A stretch of DNA of 44,809 nt from a virus (Duplodnaviria > Caudoviricetes). The stretch is taken from positions 1-44,809 of the IMG/VR virus record IMGVR_UViG_3300005805_000147; one strand, given 5' to 3'. How positions within the stretch are numbered: position 1 is the stretch's first letter; each line of letters opens with the position of its first letter. The notes below the pieces were generated by a model. The model worked only from the letters and a program-made list of their open reading frames with translations, was not told where the DNA came from and did no database searches. A program made the translations under genes and the position numbers. Below, one piece after another: positions 28,307 to 38,369 of the stretch.

Positions 28307-29411
28307 CATAACATTTGTATTGGCGGTTTTTAATAAATTAGATTTAACCAAAAACTGTTATAAAAGAATCAGAGATATATATCCAAATACCCCATTAGTA
28401 ATTAGTAGTGGTGGTTCAACCGACGGTACAAAAGAATGGTTAGAAGAAACATCTGACATTGACAAGAATTTAACGATATTTCATGATGATGATAGGTTGA
28501 CATTTTCTGATAACTACAATACCGCAATAAAATTAGTTGACACCGAAAAATTAGTTCTAATACATAATGACATGATTATTGGTGGTGGATTTTTAGAATC
28601 TATAAATAGATTTTTAGAACCTGATATGGTTTTATCCTACACAACCATAGAGCCACCCATTTTTAAGGGTCACCAAAGACCAGGTAAAGTTATTTTAGAT
28701 TTTGGTTCAGGGTTTGAAAACTTCGATTATTTTTTATTCAACAACTATGTTGATAGGTGGAAAGATAGTGATGAGATATATGATGGTGCAGTGTTCTTTA
28801 TGAGTGGTTATAAAAAAATGTTTGAAAGTGTTGGTGGGTTTGATGGATTTAGTTTTGTTCCCGCCTTTTGTGAAGATGACGATTTTCTTATTCGTGCGAA
28901 ACTAAAAGGTTACAAATTAAAAACGATTAGTTCTGCAATTGTTTATCATTTTGTTTCGCAGACATCAAGGTTTAGTGATGAGTATAAAAATGAAAGATTC
29001 AAAATCGAGGTTTCATCAAATAGAAATTTTATTAGAAAATGGGGTATATCAATTTCAGCATTCAATGAATTAAGATATTGGGAAGATTCTTCATTTAAAT
29101 ATAAAACATTTACAATGGGACTCACCACGAGAAATAAAAATCGTTTATATGAAATAGAGCCCTTTTTTGATAAGATTAATTTGGGTGAGTCACCTGAAGA
29201 TTATATTAAAAACGAACAAGAAAAAACAAAATATGACCTCAAATCAAAGTTTGTTTTAACTGACACAGTAGATGTTATGGTTTATGAAAAAGAACTTTTC
29301 AATGAGGATGACATTCATCAATTGTATAAATTAAGGTTATCGATACCATATTACGAACCTGGTGAATATGAATTAGGAAATATGATTATAGAAATAAAAA
29401 AGGAGGTTTAA
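28293..29411 (+). CDS. GT2 family glycosyltransferase
   Basis: GSTDGT, IHND, GGFD, EDDDF, VYH. Confidence 0.85.
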   Translation: MSITNITFVLAVFNKLDLTKNCYKRIRDIYPNTPLVISSGGSTDGTKEWLEETSDIDKNLTIFHDDDRLTFSDNYNTAIKLVDTEKLVLIHNDMIIGGGFLESINRFLEPDMVLSYTTIEPPIFKGHQRPGKVILDFGSGFENFDYFLFNNYVDRWKDSDEIYDGAVFFMSGYKKMFESVGGFDGFSFVPAFCEDDDFLIRAKLKGYKLKTISSAIVYHFVSQTSRFSDEYKNERFKIEVSSNRNFIRKWGISISAFNELRYWEDSSFKYKTFTMGLTTRNKNRLYEIEPFFDKINLGESPEDYIKNEQEKTKYDLKSKFVLTDTVDVMVYEKELFNEDDIHQLYKLRLSIPYYEPGEYELGNMIIEIKKEV

Positions 29412-29424
29412 AACCTCCTTTTAT
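29395..29424. terminator. Bidirectional terminator between convergent operons
   Basis: aaaaggaggtt-taa-aacctcctttt. Confidence 0.85.
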
Positions 29425-29425
29425 T

Positions 29426-29893
29426 TTAATCTTTAACTTCTTTCTTAATTAGTCTAAATAAAACCTGGTACTTATCTTTCGATTTCCCCGCTTCTTTTAG
29501 ATCTTCTTTTGTTATTTCAGGGTATTCAACATCGATTTCGGTATTTAGTAATTCAGCATATTCCTTATCAAAATCAACGTATTTTGGATTAATTGACCTA
29601 GATAAAACATTACCTTCTTCGTCTCTTTCTTCGTTAAACATCTTAACCATTATTCCCCCCTTATCGTCTGTCTCTCCGTGTTTCTTAATTAATTCGTCTC
29701 TAAGACCTTCAACTTTTTTTCTTTCCTTGGTTAAAACTTCACTAAGTTCTGTTAGTTCATATTTTAGAATAATCGAAAGATTTTGTTTTAGAAAACCTTC
29801 GTATACTCTTTCACCGGATTCTGGGTTTACAAAACCATTAATTTCGCTTTCTAACTGAAGCACATCACCTAATTTAAATTTACTTTTTTCCAT
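29426..29893 (-). CDS. Hypothetical helical phage protein
   Basis: 155 aa; charged; RDELIKKHG motif. Confidence 0.75.
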   Translation of the reverse strand: MEKSKFKLGDVLQLESEINGFVNPESGERVYEGFLKQNLSIILKYELTELSEVLTKERKKVEGLRDELIKKHGETDDKGGIMVKMFNEERDEEGNVLSRSINPKYVDFDKEYAELLNTEIDVEYPEITKEDLKEAGKSKDKYQVLFRLIKKEVKD

Positions 29894-29944
29894 AATTTTG
29901 TTCTTATTTTATAATATATATTTTATTTTTCAAAAAGTCAAGCA

Positions 29945-30949
29945 TCATAATACCGTAAATACGGCATAGGTTATCATTAAAGATATCCAAATAATTAATG
30001 CTTTCAAATAGGTTAAAAACCCCGTATGAAAGTATTTCTGACCTATAGGAAGACATTTATGTGATGGTGATATAAGATATGCGGAATATTCTAATGTAAA
30101 GAATAAAACAAAATATTGCATACCAAAAACTGTTGTTAAAAGACACACAATACTCGCATATTTTGCTGAGGACCCTAAAAGGAAAGATGCTAAAAATCCA
30201 AGAACCGAAACAACCAATATACTTTCCGGATTCTTAAACTGTTTTAAATATTCTTCCATTTGTGGGTAATAACTACCCAGTAAATTACCCATAACAATAA
30301 CAACCGCAACAATCCATAATAATTCCCAGTTTATATAACTAATCAAGTTCTTCCATAATTTGGAATAACCTATCAAGTAAAATGTAAATGTTGCAAATGC
30401 GACAAAGTAATAATCTGTAAAACAACTAACCAATATTGTAACCAAAAACGGAAGTACAACTAGAAAAATGTTCTTCCAATTAATTGGTTCTTCTTTAACC
30501 TCAATGTCTATTTCATCATCATCCAATGATAAGATATAATAAGTGATATATAATCCACTAATCAAAAGAAGTGGCCATATATAGGACATGAATTGGGCGT
30601 AAGTTAACCCTAAAACCGCCATTGGTATGATCACCGTTTTTTCTATTGGTGACCACAGGTAATAATGGTGAGTTGCTAGATAGTCAATGATACCAAACTT
30701 TTTTCTCTTTTTGTTATCAACTGGTGCAATGCTATTTAGCATAGATGCGGATAACGCAACACGACCGGTAACAGGTAGTATTCCACCGAATAATGATACA
30801 AGGAATACTACCATCTTTTTAGATTTAACTTTCTGCTCAAGCAATCTAAAGATGTCCATAAGATATCCCTTTTCTTTAAGGATACCTGTTACGAACATTA
30901 TGAATAATAAGTAGACAAGAAATTCTTGTCCTTTGATTAAAATCTCCAT
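29945..30949 (-). CDS. Polytopic inner-membrane protein (DUF401/ion-transporter-like permease)
   Basis: About nine TM segments; GILPVTGRVALSA, HHYYLWSP, ISPSHKCL. Confidence 0.7.
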   Translation of the reverse strand: MEILIKGQEFLVYLLFIMFVTGILKEKGYLMDIFRLLEQKVKSKKMVVFLVSLFGGILPVTGRVALSASMLNSIAPVDNKKRKKFGIIDYLATHHYYLWSPIEKTVIIPMAVLGLTYAQFMSYIWPLLLISGLYITYYILSLDDDEIDIEVKEEPINWKNIFLVVLPFLVTILVSCFTDYYFVAFATFTFYLIGYSKLWKNLISYINWELLWIVAVVIVMGNLLGSYYPQMEEYLKQFKNPESILVVSVLGFLASFLLGSSAKYASIVCLLTTVFGMQYFVLFFTLEYSAYLISPSHKCLPIGQKYFHTGFLTYLKALIIWISLMITYAVFTVL

Positions 30950-31818
30950 CCGAATATAATTAATGTTCTAGATTGTTTAGCGTCTTGATTAAGACCTGGC
31001 ATATGTTCTATGTTTAAATAACCTTTGTTACTAAAACGATATTGTAAAAGTGGCCCTAGATACCATTCTTGTGACCCTCCAGCAAAATCATTATATCTAA
31101 ACATATGTGAAATACCTAGTGACAAATCGTTATTTAAAATTTGAGCATATGATGCTGTATATGCATACTCAGGTTCTCTTTCTTCCTTTGTAGTGGCTAG
31201 ATTACCTTCATAAATTGCATTAAATCCCCATACACCCCTTTCACCAACTCTATCACCTAACAATAACTTTGGTTCGATACCCCAACGACCATCCAGCATT
31301 TTCATTTCATAATATAATGTTGGATTGGCCCAAATTTTACCCCAATCAGCAAGAGCATATCTAAGCTCCCAAGAGAAACCTCTCCATTTAAATGTTTTGT
31401 CCCCGTTATATCCATCATAAACTGTATGTGAATATATGTCCAATTGAACTCGTTTACCCAAGCCGAATGTAAACTCATCTCTCATCCTAATTTGTGCTGG
31501 TCCGCCTCTCCTTTGTCTAATATCAAACCACTTCTCATACATAGCTGTACCGGGTGGGTTCATTACATAGACTCTTGTCGATGGGAACATCCTGATGGTA
31601 GTCCATAGGGGTTGCCCATAGGGTCCAACCTTGGTCATTAAGGGGACTTTTTTTGCTGTTACAATGATCTCTTGTAACTCGTTTTTAGTTGTATCCTGGG
31701 ACTTAAAGGCTTGCTCAGATCCCTGTTTGATTGCGCTGTTACTGTATTGACCAAATGACAATGTTGTAACAAACAATAATACTAACATTGGCGATAGTAT
31801 TTGAATTGTTTTCTTCAT
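30937..31818 (-). CDS. Putative outer-membrane beta-barrel protein
   Basis: Signal peptide ending SFG/Q; alternating amphipathic strands; C-terminal IIFGWRF. Confidence 0.7.
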   Translation of the reverse strand: MKKTIQILSPMLVLLFVTTLSFGQYSNSAIKQGSEQAFKSQDTTKNELQEIIVTAKKVPLMTKVGPYGQPLWTTIRMFPSTRVYVMNPPGTAMYEKWFDIRQRRGGPAQIRMRDEFTFGLGKRVQLDIYSHTVYDGYNGDKTFKWRGFSWELRYALADWGKIWANPTLYYEMKMLDGRWGIEPKLLLGDRVGERGVWGFNAIYEGNLATTKEEREPEYAYTASYAQILNNDLSLGISHMFRYNDFAGGSQEWYLGPLLQYRFSNKGYLNIEHMPGLNQDAKQSRTLIIFGWRF

Positions 31819-31851
31819 TCAAAATTTTGTTTTATAAAAGTTTATTATTCT

Positions 31852-31859
31852 CAAATATA
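31852..31859 (-). promoter_or_regulatory. Bacteroidota -7 element upstream of the barrel/permease pair
   Basis: TATATTTG; no TTTG at canonical spacing. Confidence 0.45.
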
Positions 31860-31883
31860 AACAAAAAACACCAAAAATAAAAG

Positions 31884-32549
31884 TTATTTACCTATTAAGA
31901 ATATACCCAATCCGTTCCAAAAATCTGAAGGATCTTCACCATTTGTGAATAGCTGTCTGGAATGGAATACAGAAAGATTGTTATAGTCTAAAAACTTATC
32001 AAATGCACCGCTATCCCAATTCCAATCATCCATAATTAATATTGTTTGTTCAGAAAAAATTGGTAACATATTTGTTAATGCCACATATTGATCGTGAAAT
32101 TTGGTTTCACCATCATAAAAGATGATATCAACATTAGATAATGTTTTGAAATCAAATGTATGATAATCCGTTTTATATACCGATATCTTATCCACATCAC
32201 CAAATCTTTTTACATTGTTTAAAAACTCTTCTTGTGGTAAAATGTCTATATTATGTTTATAGTAGTTACCAATTTTTTGACTCACACCTTTTGGTGTTAA
32301 GTTTGGAGACATGAAGTTGTCTATTGCAACAGAATATATGTTGTTATTATGTATTGCTGAACAAAATGTGGCGCCACGAAACACACCTATTTCAAGATAA
32401 TTTGCACCATCAATATCACAAATGTTATTTAAGAAACATTTAACCTTATTACTTGTGATGCCATGAATATCTAAAATATCTTGATTTAATTTAGATACTT
32501 CAAGTCTGCCCCACTCAATAGAATTGTCGATATGTTTAATTAAGTCCAT
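31884..32549 (-). CDS. Class I SAM-dependent methyltransferase
   Basis: YLEIGVFRGAT, IDNF, IFYDG, IMDDWNW; start placed at MDLIKH. Confidence 0.8.
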   Translation of the reverse strand: MDLIKHIDNSIEWGRLEVSKLNQDILDIHGITSNKVKCFLNNICDIDGANYLEIGVFRGATFCSAIHNNNIYSVAIDNFMSPNLTPKGVSQKIGNYYKHNIDILPQEEFLNNVKRFGDVDKISVYKTDYHTFDFKTLSNVDIIFYDGETKFHDQYVALTNMLPIFSEQTILIMDDWNWDSGAFDKFLDYNNLSVFHSRQLFTNGEDPSDFWNGLGIFLIGK

Positions 32550-33573
32550 ATGATTTTTTCTTATGGTCTGCAACAATATCACAATAGTTACAATCCCAAC
32601 ATTGGAATTTACATTTCTTTATTTTATTTCTCCACCCTCTTAACTCTTCGTGTGGTATACCATCAAGATATATTTCAGATGTCTTAGATAGAACATCTTT
32701 ACCGGCAACAAACGAATCAACGATTTCAATTGTTTCATCTAACCGATTGAAACTATCTCTACCGTGCATTTTAAATACATCAATGTATTCTAAAAACTCA
32801 TCAAACTCTTCTTTGAATGGTGGTATTGTTCCAGTCTTAAAAAAGAATGCATTGATTTCTTTCTCCCACTTATATTCACAAGTTACTTTTGAAATCTCAT
32901 GATGAAAATATGGTAACTCATTTGGTTCACGAAGATTGTTGTATGAATAGTGTTCATCCATTACAGGACATCTACCTAAACAACCTTCATTAACTAATAG
33001 TGACAATTTAACATATCTACCTTTCTCTTCGTAATATTTTTGTTGTGCTCTTTTAATGTTCTTTAATTCTTCCACATCTCTCATTAAAATTCTATCAAGA
33101 TTGATATAATCGAATCCTTGATCTGCATTGTACCAAAAGTCTTGACCTGTTGCAACTTTCCTAAGAATAGTATTTTTAATTTCCATTTCAGGAAAGTGTT
33201 TCTTAAGACCCATGGCAACCCAATGACCATGTGGGATAGTTATACACCTCAAACCTTTTTCATATAAAGGTTTTAAATTTTCAACAAACAGTTTATAATT
33301 TTCATATTTTGGTGAAACATTGACGTTATTAAATGTCGCACTAATAGTGATTCCCAACGATTTTTGTATAATCATTGCATTATCAAAAACGGCATCCTTA
33401 AATTCATCTGAGAAAACAGAACCCATAGCATCTTGTATAAATGGCGGGATTCTGCAAGTAAAATAGACATCATAAATCCATTCTTTATTTCTTTCTAAGA
33501 ATGGATAAAATTTATGTACAAAATAATCCGTTGATAACATTGGATTAAGTGGTATTGAGAATATCTTTTTCAT
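32536..33573 (-). CDS. Peptidase U32-like Fe-S protein
   Basis: INLDR, LVNEGCLGRCP, VTC, VFKMHGR; C-terminal CKFQCWDCNYC. Confidence 0.7.
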   Translation of the reverse strand: MKKIFSIPLNPMLSTDYFVHKFYPFLERNKEWIYDVYFTCRIPPFIQDAMGSVFSDEFKDAVFDNAMIIQKSLGITISATFNNVNVSPKYENYKLFVENLKPLYEKGLRCITIPHGHWVAMGLKKHFPEMEIKNTILRKVATGQDFWYNADQGFDYINLDRILMRDVEELKNIKRAQQKYYEEKGRYVKLSLLVNEGCLGRCPVMDEHYSYNNLREPNELPYFHHEISKVTCEYKWEKEINAFFFKTGTIPPFKEEFDEFLEYIDVFKMHGRDSFNRLDETIEIVDSFVAGKDVLSKTSEIYLDGIPHEELRGWRNKIKKCKFQCWDCNYCDIVADHKKKSYGLN

Positions 33574-34574
33574 TATTTGTTACCTTCTAAACAACCCCCA
33601 CAGATTCCGTTACATTCGGTCTTATAGAAGACGCAATCTAAACAACCTTGTGGTATCGTATAATCTTTATGATTCAGGGTATAAAGTCTATCAAACTCAT
33701 CCCTTAGACCTAATATACCATTTTTTCCTGAGATTTCCAAAACATTTGGAATGTTTACTTTATCTTGTAATGGATAACAATGGATTGAACTTCCGTTTGG
33801 GAATATATCTAATGGCATGTGTCCGCAAATAACGTCTTGGCCTGGTACTTTAAATGTTGCGAAATTATATGAATTTTCTATTATAGCATTTTTAGTTTTA
33901 CCTTCCCATAAACATGGTGGAACTTGGCAATCAGATGTTATCTTTACTTTATTATAAATTCCAAACTTTAATATTTTTGTTAACTCTTTACCCAGTTCTT
34001 TATTGTTGATTAGATAAGTTCCAGTTAGATCAAGTCCAACTCTAAATGCATTTACTTTTTGATCTAATTCATTATACAGCCATTTAATATAATCAAAGAT
34101 TTTTCTTTGTTCCCAATTTGAGGATAATGTGATGGCAATGAAAAGCCTTGAATTATTTTCAAACCCCCACGTATTAGCATAAGCGGAATAGAGAGATAAG
34201 TAATTTTTTTTAAATAAATTTATTCTATTTTTTTCATTCAGTTCCGCACCATTTGGTAGAACCCAATTAATGTGTTTTATGTTATTTACAATATAATCTA
34301 ATGTGGGTTGACCAAATAATAAATTACTGACAAGATTTAATTTGAATCCTCTTGAAATTATGTAATCAATAATACCAGTAAAATTTGAGTGTTGTGTTGG
34401 TTCGCCGCCAAGAATTGTTATCTCTTCTTTAAATTTCTTTAAATCAAAGTGGTCAAGAATTTCACCAACTTTTTTTATGGACATTTCACCAAGGGTATGT
34501 TTTAATCTAGCATCCTCTTTAGTAAAACAAAATGAACATCCTTTAGCACACGAACCATTAATCGCAAGGTTCAT
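33573..34574 (-). CDS. Radical SAM protein with SPASM-like C-terminal domain
   Basis: CAKGCSFC, LGGEPT, C...IFPNGSSIHC, CLDC...CNGICGGC. Confidence 0.88.
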   Translation of the reverse strand: MNLAINGSCAKGCSFCFTKEDARLKHTLGEMSIKKVGEILDHFDLKKFKEEITILGGEPTQHSNFTGIIDYIISRGFKLNLVSNLLFGQPTLDYIVNNIKHINWVLPNGAELNEKNRINLFKKNYLSLYSAYANTWGFENNSRLFIAITLSSNWEQRKIFDYIKWLYNELDQKVNAFRVGLDLTGTYLINNKELGKELTKILKFGIYNKVKITSDCQVPPCLWEGKTKNAIIENSYNFATFKVPGQDVICGHMPLDIFPNGSSIHCYPLQDKVNIPNVLEISGKNGILGLRDEFDRLYTLNHKDYTIPQGCLDCVFYKTECNGICGGCLEGNK

Positions 34575-35314
34575 TAAAAATCAATTTTCAAAGTGAGTGG
34601 TGTTGTTGGGATATTTTCATCCTCTCTTTGTTGTTTACTAATTGCAACACCAAATTTTTCGTGTCTAAGTCTATGACAATCTGCAATTGTTTGACAAGCT
34701 TTAACTCTCTCTTCCATTAATTGTTGTTCTAATAAAAGATTAGCTAATTTAGTATTATACTCTGTAACTTTATCAACAACCTTTTGAATGAATATATTTT
34801 TTTGAATATTTCTACCAGTAGATAAAATGTCAATAATTGGTGTTTGATAATCGTTATCCGCCAAGTATCCAAATGCTTCTCTCTTCTGCTCTTCCCAAGT
34901 GTCTTTTTCTAAAGTTGAGGCATCAACCATTAGTTCTTTATATCTTTCAGAAAATCTATCCGCAATTAGTTTTTTCATAACTGCTTTATTAAAAGCAACA
35001 CCCGCCGCTCTATCTTCATCGGTTAGATAGTGTCTAACCTTTTCTTCATCGGTTTCACCAGATTCAGCTAATTGTGGAATCTCATCCATAATATGTGAAT
35101 TGGTTCTAACACTTACGTAATCTTTATAGATATCAGCAAAAACAAACCCCTTGGCAACTTCCTCAGGGATAATAACCGCACCCATTCGATTTAGTTCCAA
35201 TCTCATATCGTTATATTCGTCTGCGATTCTACCATATTGATAATTTAGATACATTCCAATTACTTGAATGTAACCAGGAATATTTGGTTGAATTTTAAAA
35301 ATTACGTGTGTCAT
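34574..35314 (-). CDS. Tail-fibre assembly/chaperone-like protein
   Basis: EKDTWEEQKREA..YLAD...TPIIDILS.GR resembles fibre-adjacent phage proteins. Confidence 0.55.
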   Translation of the reverse strand: MTHVIFKIQPNIPGYIQVIGMYLNYQYGRIADEYNDMRLELNRMGAVIIPEEVAKGFVFADIYKDYVSVRTNSHIMDEIPQLAESGETDEEKVRHYLTDEDRAAGVAFNKAVMKKLIADRFSERYKELMVDASTLEKDTWEEQKREAFGYLADNDYQTPIIDILSTGRNIQKNIFIQKVVDKVTEYNTKLANLLLEQQLMEERVKACQTIADCHRLRHEKFGVAISKQQREDENIPTTPLTLKIDF

Positions 35315-36075
35315 TATAAAAGTTTTTCTGTTTCTATGTTATTTGGTTTATCTAATTTCAATTGATTTTTTAATGATTCTTCAATTGAAAAACTATTTGT
35401 TGTTGCTTGTGTCATTAATTGATTTATATTTCTATCAATAGAAATAGTATATGAAGAGGCTAATGACAATACTTGTTTTTGTTGTGATGGATCCATCATT
35501 AAGATTGAGTCCAAATTACCAGTACCAATCCTTCCATATGAAATCATATCAAGCATAGCTTGTTTAGCCATACGCACAGTCCAATATTCGTGTTCATATT
35601 TCTCTTCTAATTCAGGATTACCAAATACATCAATTAATTTTGTACCGTCTGGTAAAATTGCATCTTCGCTTTCTAAAAATTCTTTAATTAAATCAATAAA
35701 TCCTTGTCTTTCTCTATATGCATCTTTAAGATTTCTTTTGAATTTTCTTAAGTCAATCAATTTATCTGCTATGGTTAAATCAACCATTTCTTTTCTTTTA
35801 GAGTCCGTAATAAATTCTTTACTTTCTTCATCCATTTGAATTTCAAGTTCCGCCTTTCTAACGGTATATTCAAGATGTTCAACCGCATCTTCCCTACCTC
35901 TTAATTCCAATAACCATTGTTTTAATTTTGCGTATGGTGTGATTTGTGCCCCGCCAACAAAGTTGTAAGCTTTGTACTTTGGTAATGCAAATGACATGTT
36001 TTCGGATATTTGCATTAATTTTTCATCAAATGGATTATTTAAATTTTTAGATCTATCATACTTGTAACCTTCCAT
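35314..36075 (-). CDS. Hypothetical coiled-coil protein
   Basis: Start placed at MEGYKY; EYWTVRMAKQAMLD..SYGRIGTGNL. Confidence 0.75.
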   Translation of the reverse strand: MEGYKYDRSKNLNNPFDEKLMQISENMSFALPKYKAYNFVGGAQITPYAKLKQWLLELRGREDAVEHLEYTVRKAELEIQMDEESKEFITDSKRKEMVDLTIADKLIDLRKFKRNLKDAYRERQGFIDLIKEFLESEDAILPDGTKLIDVFGNPELEEKYEHEYWTVRMAKQAMLDMISYGRIGTGNLDSILMMDPSQQKQVLSLASSYTISIDRNINQLMTQATTNSFSIEESLKNQLKLDKPNNIETEKLL

Positions 36076-36125
36076 AATTAAATTTCTTTTTGATAAAATA
36101 TAAGGAATTTTTTTTAAAATGTCAA

Positions 36126-37235
36126 TTATTGTCTCCAACCACAATGACCAGAAGAAGTACCTCCGTTTACGCCTGGATTTAAACCAGTTACACTACTGGT
36201 TCCACTGTCTGTCGCGTACCAAAACTTCCAACTAGTATTATTTTGTGCTCCGTCATAGTTTCCCAACATATATTGCCAATCTTGCCCCATTGTAAAGTTT
36301 TCTTCTCCGCAATTTGCGTGTGGTTTTGAAACATTACCAATATTGGTATCACTACTTGTTTGCCATCTTCTTAGGTTATATCCTCCTGAGTAGGAACCCT
36401 CATTACCACAATAACCTTTGCCATACTTTGAACTAATACCCTTTTGTTGTGCATGTGCGCTCCAGTGAGTTGATGAACTTGGGGTGTCGTTTGAGAAATT
36501 ATATTTTATACCTGCACTACTTGTCCAACCATACCCAAATAATTCATCAGAAAAAGCAGAACCTCCGTCAGAACCATTTATTGTCGTCACACCAAAACCA
36601 GATACCAAACTTTCATTTGTTAAATTAAATTTTTCTAGTGTTGTTGAACCGCCAGAAAATAAGTACGCGAACTCTGTTTCTTTATGCATAGTACCTAAAT
36701 CACTTCTGGCTATGGCATTATTAAATTTGGTCTGGTGGGCATATGTGGTATCTGTTATCATATTAATTGCAGAAGTCCTAGTTCCATCAACACTATCTGG
36801 GCCCTTAAATGCACCATCGGTATTAACTGACCATACAAAAAATATCGACTTATTACATGCTCCAGATGTATATGATGCTGGGTAATCCAAAAGCTCACCA
36901 ATATGGGTTGTTTGATCATTCAAATTAGTTGTTTTGTGCACGTTTCTCCACGGAGAAGAATTCTTATATCCGCCGGCTAGATAAGAATAATTGATAATTT
37001 GTCTATATCTAAACGAAATAGGTTGAAACTCTTGGGCGGCAACTCTTTCCCACCCATCATCTATATTAGAAATTCCAGTATATAAAACCAAAAAGCTACC
37101 ACTATCAGATTGTTCTAAGAATAATGACCCCGATCTTGGCGATGCTGGTCTTTGCGACCTTTTTCCTGTTGGGGGTCTGTTAATAACTCTGTCTGAATTT
37201 AAACTACCACTAACTTCTAAATTTTCGTATATCAT
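36126..37235 (-). CDS. Fibre-associated beta-propeller-like protein, paralog 3
   Basis: N-terminal VSGSL and P.G.R..RP.SP..GSL motifs; kelch-like blades; ends SSGHCGWRQ. Confidence 0.7.
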   Translation of the reverse strand: MIYENLEVSGSLNSDRVINRPPTGKRSQRPASPRSGSLFLEQSDSGSFLVLYTGISNIDDGWERVAAQEFQPISFRYRQIINYSYLAGGYKNSSPWRNVHKTTNLNDQTTHIGELLDYPASYTSGACNKSIFFVWSVNTDGAFKGPDSVDGTRTSAINMITDTTYAHQTKFNNAIARSDLGTMHKETEFAYLFSGGSTTLEKFNLTNESLVSGFGVTTINGSDGGSAFSDELFGYGWTSSAGIKYNFSNDTPSSSTHWSAHAQQKGISSKYGKGYCGNEGSYSGGYNLRRWQTSSDTNIGNVSKPHANCGEENFTMGQDWQYMLGNYDGAQNNTSWKFWYATDSGTSSVTGLNPGVNGGTSSGHCGWRQ

Positions 37236-37247
37236 TTATCTTTTATT

Positions 37248-38354
37248 TTATGATCTCCAACCACAGTGGCCAGATGATGTTCCATTATTTACGCCTGGAT
37301 TTAAACCGCTTACACTACTTGTTCCAGTATCGGTTGCATAATAAAACTTCCAACTAGTATTATTTTGAGCACCATCATAATTACCTAACATATATTGCCA
37401 ATCTTGGCCCATTGTAAAATTTTCTTCTCCACAGTTACCATGCGGCTTTGACACATTTCCAATATTGGTGTCGTTTGCGTTGCTCCATCTTCTTAAGTTA
37501 TAACCACCGGCATAAGAACCCTCATTACCAGCGTAACCCTTTCCAATTTTGGAACTAATACCCTTTTGTTGAGAATGGTTACCCCACATTGTTGATGATG
37601 TAAATGTTTCGTTTGCAAAATTCATTTTTACACCAGAATCGGATGTCCATCCGTAACCAAAAAATTCATCAGAAAACGCTGATCCGCCGTCACTACCATT
37701 AATTGTTGATAGATTATAGCCGGTCATTATTGATTCATTATTTAAATCAAATTTTTCAACCCTTGTTGACCCACCACTGAATATCCATGCAAAATTTGTT
37801 TCTTGATGCATTGTTCCACAATCGGATCTGGTTTCTGTAATATCAAATTTTGTTTGGTGTGCATACTTTGTATCGTTTGCCATATTGACTGCTGCGGTCC
37901 ATAATCCATGTTTATCCGAAGCTGATTTCCAAGCCCCATCGGTGTTAACAGACCACACAAAAAATATATATCGACCACAGGCACCTGATGTATATGATGC
38001 CGGATAATCTAATAATTCACCCATATGTGAAGTTTGGTCTGTTGCATTAGTTGTTCTATGAACATTTTTCCATGGAGATGAGTCTTTATATCCACCAGCT
38101 AAATAACTGTAATTAATAATCTGTCTATACTTAAAGCCCGCGATGTTTGGATTTGTTTGTGACGAAACTCTAACCCAGCCATTGTCATTACTTGCACCAA
38201 CATAAACCATTAAAAAACTACCCGTTGTTGATTCCTCAAGATATAATGAACCAGATATAGGTGACCCAGGTCTATTTGCTCTACTTCCCCTTGGCGGAGT
38301 AAATGTAAATTGTCCTCTTAATGATCCACTAATTTCTATATTATCGTGACGCAT
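37248..38354 (-). CDS. Fibre-associated beta-propeller-like protein, paralog 2
   Basis: Co-linear with paralog 3; ends SSGHCGWRS. Confidence 0.7.
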   Translation of the reverse strand: MRHDNIEISGSLRGQFTFTPPRGSRANRPGSPISGSLYLEESTTGSFLMVYVGASNDNGWVRVSSQTNPNIAGFKYRQIINYSYLAGGYKDSSPWKNVHRTTNATDQTSHMGELLDYPASYTSGACGRYIFFVWSVNTDGAWKSASDKHGLWTAAVNMANDTKYAHQTKFDITETRSDCGTMHQETNFAWIFSGGSTRVEKFDLNNESIMTGYNLSTINGSDGGSAFSDEFFGYGWTSDSGVKMNFANETFTSSTMWGNHSQQKGISSKIGKGYAGNEGSYAGGYNLRRWSNANDTNIGNVSKPHGNCGEENFTMGQDWQYMLGNYDGAQNNTSWKFYYATDTGTSSVSGLNPGVNNGTSSGHCGWRS

Positions 38355-38369
38355 ATTTTATAAATATTT

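Noticed and set aside
32536-33573. Calling the U32-like gene a collagenase/protease or ubiU/trhP
   Set aside because: The Cys spacing and C-terminal Cys cluster differ from those I recall for these members, so a specific orthology cannot be supported by eye.
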